A stretch of DNA of 64,000 bases from assembly GCA_964016885.1 (NCBI GenBank), contig OZ024740.1, forward strand, positions 54,436,001 to 54,500,000, given 5' to 3'. Below the pieces are notes generated by a model that saw only the letters and a list, made by a program, of their open reading frames with translations, was not told where the DNA came from and did no database searches. This DNA is from Eledone cirrhosa (taxonomy: Eukaryota). The translations under genes and the position numbers were made by a program. Below are positions 57,351 through 64,000 of the stretch, in pieces. Position 1 is the first letter of the stretch; every line of letters begins with the position of its first letter.

Positions 57351-58040
57351 GGAAATTCACTGGAAATATATTAGGGATTATTCAAACTTATGTGTGAATA
57401 TGCAAATGAATATGTAAATAATTGAAAAACAACCGTTTATATAAATGACACTGGAGAAAGATAGAGAAGAATGAGAGAAAAATGATTAATATTACGAGAG
57501 AGATAGAAAGAAGAAATTAACAAGAAGATCAATAGAACTCATGTAACGTTAATATGGGGAAATAATTTTTAAATATATACCTACTAATGTTACGTATATT
57601 TACGATTATTTAGTTGTTAAAATTCTTTTTAATATAATATTTACTGTTATAAGTCGATAGAAAAATAAATAGATATATATAGAAAAATAAATATATATAA
57701 AATTAGATAGAAAAATATATGGAAAATAAATAGATAGAAAAATAGATAGATAGAAAAATAAATATGAAAATAGATAAGTTTTTTTTATTTGCCACTAGGG
57801 CATCAAAAGTGGGACAAGTACAAAGGGGGGAGTTTACACAAAAAGGCGTCCTCAATAAGGAGGAGGCAATAACAAAATATAAAAATAAAATAAGATATAA
57901 CAAAAAATAAAATGTTTAACAAAATCCTCAATAGAGAGGAGGCGCCTTGGGGGGTCGCACACACCCCCGAAAAAAGTGTGCAACCCTTTTCCTCAGGAGC
58001 ACAGAGAGGGGGTGCTCCCTCGTTCCTTCCTCTTTTCCAC

Positions 58041-61000
58041 CTACAGGCTTATGTAAAGAGAAGGCCCATTCACACGGGCCATTCTCGCCACTTTCACCCA
58101 CCTTTCATAAAAACGACTGGGGTGCAGCACCTCTCTCTCCATCCTGATCCTTCTTCCGAAATGATATCGGAAGAAACGGACCAGTTGTTGGCCAGAGAGA
58201 AAGGTGCCTGACCTCAGTCCTTTCAGACGCGTCCACCATACAACCTCTTTCGCCATGGCTATTACGCACAGAAACACCGCCTCTGCTTCATCTTTGAAGG
58301 GGGGAGGCGGCTTGATCATTACAATAGACTCGGTGGTCAACCGGATCGGTCCCACCCTTGACAGCAGTTGTTCGACATAGCCCCACAGATCGGCTACGCC
58401 CGAGCAGTGTACCAATGCGTGTGCAACGGTTTCCTCGTCGCACACGCATCTGGGACAGATCTTTTTGGCGGGGTCCCTACCCGGGCGCCCGTGTCTGTAG
58501 AGCCTTTCTCGAACGGGTAAAGCCCCTCGGTAGCACTGCCAGGCCAGGGACTTCTGGAAGTTGTCCATAGGTCCCGGGCTGAATGTCCTACCGAACAGGC
58601 TGGCCAGTTCGTCCTCCTCCATGTCTAGGGCTTCTCCGAGGGCGTCGTCGCACCTGCTGCGTACCAGCCCTCTATAGAATGTTGCGGTGGAGTCTCCACT
58701 GATAACCGGATCCGCCTGCCAGTGGGCGGTGAGCGCCTGGGCACACTCAGTGTGCCAGGCGCCCAGTTTTCTCGGTCTTTGCTTGACCCAGGATTGCAGC
58801 TCGGTGAGTGAGACGAGTCTGGGAAAGGTTCGTCTCACAAACGAGGCCCACACCGGTTGTCCGGTGAGGAATACGTAGAGGTGCCGTAGCCTTAATGCGT
58901 GTTTACGCATCATTAGCCACGGCATCCCCAGCCCTCCTTTCGAAGGGTGTTGACAGCAGATGGATCTCCTCACCATAGGAGCCCGCCCCTTCCAAAGGAA
59001 TTGGAAGAGCGCGCGCTCCATCTTGGTGAGGGTTTCCCTTGGGCAGGGCACTACGGTCAGGCGGTAGTAGATGACGGACGCTATATAAGTGTTCGCCACC
59101 TCCGCCCGACCTTTCAGGGATAGTTTGCAACTGGCCCACTTCTGGGTCAGTGCAAACACCCTGTTCGTAACCTCCGCCCAGTTTTTCTCCACCTGGAGGT
59201 CCGGTCCGAACCAGACCCCGAGCAACTTCACCGGGCCCTCCGTCCAGCGTCCGACGACGCCATCGGAGGGCATCGGTCTGCCCCTCCACGTGCCGAGTTG
59301 CAAACCGATCGACTTGTCCCGGTTCAGCTTAGCCCCTGTGAACTTTTCGTACTCCTCCAGTAAGGTGCCGACCGCCTCGATTTCGGAGGCCGTCGACACC
59401 ATTACTGTCACATCATCGGCGTAGGCTGACACCGCTTTCCGCAATCCCGGTTCCAAAGGGATGCCCTGCAACAACTCCAACTTCCGCAGTAGTGGCTCGA
59501 GAGTCAACACATACAGAAGGGAGGAGAGAGGGCACCCTTGTCGGATGGACCGCGCGATTTTGAACGGCTCCGAGAGGTAGCCGTTCACCTTGACCCTAGA
59601 GCAGATGCGGCTGCTGTGCATAGCAGTGATCCATCTCCTGAAAACGGGTCCGAAGCCTGCCGCCGCTAGCACCGCATCCAGGTAACCATGGTCGACCCTA
59701 TCGAACGCCTTAGATTGATCCAAGTTGATCAGAGCCCCACCAAAGCCGGGTTCGTTCCCAACCCTCTCTATGATGTATCGCATGAGGTGGAGGTTGTCAT
59801 GGATGGACCTGGACGGGATAGCGCATGTCTGCGCATCTCCCACCAGGTTGCCCACGACAAGCGCCAACCTCTTTGCTAGCACCTTGGCCAAAATCTGTAA
59901 CTCTGTATTTAGCAGAGTTATGGGCCTGAAGTTACTTATTTCGTCCCCCTTGTTCTCGTCCTTCCTCACTAGCGTGACTACGCCCTTGGTCACAGTACAG
60001 GGAATTCTCCCGTTCTGTTGCCAGTTGCAGTAGACCGCCTCGAGGAGATCGGGGAACAAGTCCGGCATAGCTAGATATAATTCGTAAGGAAGACCATCGA
60101 GACCCGGGGATTTGCGTTTGCCGCATTGGCCCAGCACGTCCTCTATCTCAGCGGCCGAAATCGGCTCCTCGCAAGACTTCGCCTCCCTGTCCGAGAGGCG
60201 CGGCAGGCCGTCGAGGTATGGACCGAAGTCCACGTTTCCAACCGGCTCCCCGCCCCTCCCGAACAGTCGGGAAAAGTGCCTTTGAAAGGCCTCACACATC
60301 TGCTTAGGCTCAAGAATCGCCCGTCCATCCAGGTCTCGCAAAGACCGGATGGTGGATTTAGTTCCACTGTTGGCCTCTGTCACGCGGGCCCAGCTAACAG
60401 CTTTGGCCCCCTGGTTCCCTAGAGCACGTATTTTACTTCGGACAACGCATCCTTCGTGCTTCGCGTCGAAAAACTGGCTCAAAGCCGTTCTCGACGCTAG
60501 CACTCTGGCCACGTCGCCGCTTCTAATTGCCTCTTCTACTCTATCTATTAGCTCCCTTTCCTTCCTATTCCTATCCGCAGCTAGAACCTTACTAAATTCA
60601 ATCGAGACTACTCTAATCTCTCTCTTTAGAGATACCCACCACCTGCTGTTGACGATCGCTCCAGTCAACCGTTCCTTAACTAACGTACTAATCCGATTCC
60701 TGTAGGCTCTACTTGCCGGCAAGGACAAGTTGAGCTTCCAGTAACCGGGGCCCTGTCTATGCGTTCTATCAAGGTTGACCATGCAGGTCACCAACTTGTG
60801 GTCTGAATAGCCAACCATGAGCATTTCTGGACAACTTAAAAAGTCCCTGTCCTTATTTCTAACTAAAAATCTATCTAGGTACGATCTAGATGATCCGCTG
60901 CGATTTGACCAAGACCAGGTTGGCACCGTCGGAAAATCTAGTCGAAATCTATCGGCCAGGTCAAATCGGCCGAGTAACCCCTTGAGGCTGTTGCACCCCT

Positions 61001-61484
61001 CTCTATCGGGACATGCCCCTGCATAGTCCCAACGTGCATCCAGGATACCATTCCAATCCCCCACTAAAAGCAGGGAACGGGACGTCCCTAGAAAAGACTC
61101 CAGACGCTGGAAAAAGTCGGGCCGCTCTGTCCCAAAAGGGGCATATGCGGCTATCAGCCTAAGGGCTCTACTTTCACCACTGCCAAGGTCCAGCACCACC
61201 AGTCGACCCCCTGGGTCCAAGTGAACTATCTGTGTTGCAAGGCCCATATGTTTTTGTTTTTGCAGCAGAACGACAACCCCACCCCCACCTCCGGGCTGAC
61301 AGAGAGATGCGTGCATCTCAAAGTCGTCAAAGGTGGGGGCTAGCTGTCGCATGCTGCTGATCCGGGCCTCGCAGATAACCATCAGATTTATAGATTGTGA
61401 CCTGAGGTCATTTAGAAGCATTGCTTGCTTCCAAGACGAGCCCAGGCCACGCGCATTTAGACACCCTACTCTTAGCACAGCCAT
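58041..61484 (-). CDS. Tx1-type ORF2p: APE endonuclease, reverse transcriptase and Cys-rich C-terminus (about 1147 aa from the ATG)
   Basis: LNARGL, GDWN, SYLDRF, SDH, GPGYWKLN, KSPGLDGLP, NFRPITLLN, LDQSKAFD, IRQGCPLS, AYADD, GGLG, CPRC..ETVAHALVHC; uninterrupted. Confidence 0.96.
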   Translation of the reverse strand: MAVLRVGCLNARGLGSSWKQAMLLNDLRSQSINLMVICEARISSMRQLAPTFDDFEMHASLCQPGGGGGVVVLLQKQKHMGLATQIVHLDPGGRLVVLDLGSGESRALRLIAAYAPFGTERPDFFQRLESFLGTSRSLLLVGDWNGILDARWDYAGACPDREGCNSLKGLLGRFDLADRFRLDFPTVPTWSWSNRSGSSRSYLDRFLVRNKDRDFLSCPEMLMVGYSDHKLVTCMVNLDRTHRQGPGYWKLNLSLPASRAYRNRISTLVKERLTGAIVNSRWWVSLKREIRVVSIEFSKVLAADRNRKERELIDRVEEAIRSGDVARVLASRTALSQFFDAKHEGCVVRSKIRALGNQGAKAVSWARVTEANSGTKSTIRSLRDLDGRAILEPKQMCEAFQRHFSRLFGRGGEPVGNVDFGPYLDGLPRLSDREAKSCEEPISAAEIEDVLGQCGKRKSPGLDGLPYELYLAMPDLFPDLLEAVYCNWQQNGRIPCTVTKGVVTLVRKDENKGDEISNFRPITLLNTELQILAKVLAKRLALVVGNLVGDAQTCAIPSRSIHDNLHLMRYIIERVGNEPGFGGALINLDQSKAFDRVDHGYLDAVLAAAGFGPVFRRWITAMHSSRICSRVKVNGYLSEPFKIARSIRQGCPLSSLLYVLTLEPLLRKLELLQGIPLEPGLRKAVSAYADDVTVMVSTASEIEAVGTLLEEYEKFTGAKLNRDKSIGLQLGTWRGRPMPSDGVVGRWTEGPVKLLGVWFGPDLQVEKNWAEVTNRVFALTQKWASCKLSLKGRAEVANTYIASVIYYRLTVVPCPRETLTKMERALFQFLWKGRAPMVRRSICCQHPSKGGLGMPWLMMRKHALRLRHLYVFLTGQPVWASFVRRTFPRLVSLTELQSWVKQRPRKLGAWHTECAQALTAHWQADPVISGDSTATFYRGLVRSRCDDALGEALDMEEDELASLFGRTFSPGPMDNFQKSLAWQCYRGALPVRERLYRHGRPGRDPAKKICPRCVCDEETVAHALVHCSGVADLWGYVEQLLSRVGPIRLTTESIVMIKPPPPFKDEAEAVFLCVIAMAKEVVWWTRLKGLRSGTFLSGQQLVRFFRYHFGRRIRMEREVLHPSRFYERWVKVARMARVNGPSLYISL

Positions 61485-61674
61485 GTTGGTGGTAAAGAGA
61501 AAAGGCACTTACCTCTCTGCGTCCCGGGAAACGGGCCGCTCAATTTCCATGCTGGTTGGGGATGGGTTGTTGGGTGGGGTGGTGGTTTGTGGAAGTGAAG
61601 GGGCATCGGTGTGTTGTGGGGTTGGGGTGTTTGTCGTTGAGTGGGTGTCTGGGTGGGGTGGGGGGTGAAATTTT

Positions 61675-63155
61675 TTAGGAGGACGCGGTTGATTGGTTTG
61701 GCGCAGGGGGGGCCCAGTCCTCCGTGAAATTTATTTTCAGTGTTTTGTACAAGTGCATTGGGACTTTTATCATTTTCAAATGAGGTAGTCCCACAGCAGT
61801 TATAAAGTTTGGCCCTTCAGTTTGGACCGAAGGGTTTGCTGAAATTGTTTTCCGTAATTCTTTGTTGTCTGTGTTCATGTATGTGTATTGTAAGGTCTTT
61901 TTTTGTGTAGCAGTTAGTGTTGTGTGACAGGGAGGGGTGGTTTGTGTGTAGTTTGTGTTCTCTTGGGGGGGGGGGTTAAAGTTAACATGTGTGTCTGTGG
62001 TGCGTCTCCTCTTCTTTCTTTTTACTTGTTGGAAGGGATCTTTTTCGTCTTGCGACGAAAGAGGTTCGTCTTCCTTGTTGGGTGGGAGGGGTATGTTTTC
62101 TGGTAGTGTTTGCGGTGTGCGTGTTTTTGTATTTGTTTTGGGTGGGGAGGGATTGGGTGGGACAGTATTCTGTGTTATTTTTTCACGTGTTTGTTGTTGT
62201 TGTTGTTGTGGTGGTGGTGGTGGTGGGGTTGTTGGTTTTTGTTGTTGTTGTGGTTGTTTTTGTTGTTGTAGTTGGGGTGGTGTTGGTGTTGGTAGCAGTG
62301 TTTTTTTCTGTGTGAGCTGGGGACAGGCAGCCCTCAGGTGACCTCTATTGCCACAGAGGTAACAGGAGGGACGCCTACCCTCCACAATAATGTTGAGGTG
62401 GGTACGGTCATCCAGCATGACGCGCTCAGGGATTTGGGCGATGCGTTCTGGCCTTATTTGGGTCAGAACTTCGAGGCTCGTTCCACTGAACGCGTCGCCG
62501 GATGCCTTGCCTATTGAGATGAGATTGTCCTCGTCTAAATTGAGGAAACCGGTTAGTAACCACCAGTAGTTTATGTTTGGGGTGATGGTGGTTATCCATA
62601 TCCTCTGGGTTTTTTTACCCATGTAGGTGGGGAAGAAGGTGTAGTGTGTGGACCGAATTGGCGACACAGAGTATTTTTTTGCCGCCAATTCGTCTTTCAT
62701 CAATATGGATAAACTCCCATAGAGTTTATCCTTTTGTATGAAAGTGATGTCTCTCATCGCGTCTTTCAAGACTAACTGAGTTTCCGCTTGAGATGGTTGC
62801 GCTGGTTTCTTTGTTTTATTTAAAATTGTTCGGAATACGACAGTTCGTAATTCCGTCTGTCTTTTTAGCTCCGGAGGTGAATGTATAGAAAACGATCCGT
62901 TTTCGCCAAAAGACACATATTTCTTGGCTTTTTCCAGCATTTCTTTTGCTTTTGAAATATCTTCCAGCACATAAGCGACTGATAATTTAGCCGTTTGTGC
63001 AAAAGATATTTTGTTTTCGTTTTGGATATTAGTATTGTTTTGTTTCTCGTCGTTTGAGTTGTTTTCATCTTTGTTGTTGTTGTTGTCTTTCTCGTTTCGT
63101 GTGTGGATACTTGTGACGTTTGTGTTGTTGTTGTTTTTGTTGTCTTTATTGTTGC

Positions 63156-63186
<31 letters not shown>

Positions 63187-63363
63187 GTTTTCAAATTCTT
63201 GTGTAGTTGTGGCTACATCTAGTGGTCGGTCAACAGGTGAAGACAATTCTTCCTCTCTCTGACCTCTGCCTTTGGCATCTGCTGCTGTGACAGTGGCAGG
63301 GGGAAGCTGTGAGTATGACTTCCCCTTTCCTTCTTTGATTGATGGTGAAGATACTTCAGCCAT
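61675..63363 (-). CDS. Tx1-type ORF1p with a CCHC zinc knuckle and Asn-rich and Pro/Gln-rich low-complexity regions
   Basis: First ATG at 63363 (MAEVSS); CYLCGNRGHLRAAC; basic KRKKRRR stretch. The original stop may be at 61509 (see findings). Confidence 0.9.
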
Positions 63364-63899
63364 TTTTCTCAAAATAGGGTTTTTCGAAGTTTTTCGAAAG
63401 ATAAAATGTTCACAATACTATTTCGCCCAAAGGCGCAGAATATTTTGAGAGACCGACCAGATCAAAATTTGACCTGGCAGTCCCTCTACAAAATGATACA
63501 AAAATGAAAGTTTACAGTTTACAATTTCCGTATGAATTTAAACAAAAACTTACCGAGCGAGCTCAGCACATGTGTCCATCAAGTAAGATAGATAGATAGA
63601 TAGAAAGATAAACAGATATATAAATGGATAGATAGGTATTTCGTGTTATAGATAATTGTTTTAATTATTTGTGAGGGATATTGGTTAAATTTAATGTAAG
63701 TCATTAAGTTAACTGAGTTAAGAAGAATATTTATATTTATATATTTTAAATTGGGAAGATACAGAAAAAACTCCAGATATGTTTATTTATTCGTTACTAT
63801 GAGATTATTTTGTCAAAATAAGTTTAAATGTTAAAGGATATAAATGTTAAAGATATATTTAGCCTGAATTAGTTAGTGGTTATAAATCTAATAAGATAT

Positions 63900-64000
63900 T
63901 AAATATGGTTTTATAAATATAGTTTCCATTTATTTAATATCATTGAATATTTATTCCAGTACTCTAAATCAGTGCTCTAAATCAGTTATAAACATTTATG
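63900..64000 (+). mobile_element. Right arm and tail of the PLE fold-back element begun at 57196
   Basis: Matches 24917-25015 and is the reverse complement of 57196-57242. Confidence 0.75.

Larger units (their letters stand above)
57779..63584 (-). mobile_element. Full-length Tx1/L1-clade non-LTR retrotransposon
   Basis: 5' UTR, ORF1, intact ORF2, T-rich 3' UTR, AATAAA and short poly(A); sits in a degenerate (TATC)n tract. Confidence 0.95.

Noticed and set aside
58358-63262. Plus-strand and alternative-frame ORFs over the Tx1 element
   Set aside because: Shadow ORFs of the GC-rich ORF2 and low-complexity ORF1; no independent motifs.

Overview
Eukaryotic, AT-rich, microsatellite-dense genomic DNA with no recognisable host protein-coding gene. 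The SINE types and (TA)n/(CA)n density suggest a coleoid cephalopod such as Octopus; this is inference. Most short ORFs in the track are microsatellite translation artefacts. Main contents: (1) a near-intact full-length Tx1/L1-clade LINE on the minus strand (57779-63584); (2) four Tx1 and R4/Dong non-LTR fragments strung on (TAA)n tracts (1-6760); (3) a Neptune-type Penelope-like element (PLE) with ~315 bp inverted ends (19460-24543); (4) CRE, RTE and PLE relics, a DD37D (maT) transposon, mariner MITEs and two tRNA-derived SINE families. The most notable pattern is about a dozen short non-coding fold-back elements embedded in (TA)n. Several carry minimal hammerhead ribozymes, and in two unrelated families the hairpin apex lies a few nucleotides downstream of the predicted cleavage site, suggesting a retrozyme-like non-autonomous PLE system. 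The commonest SINE also shares its 3' end with a Tx1 family. All coordinates were read by eye and may be off by a few bases.
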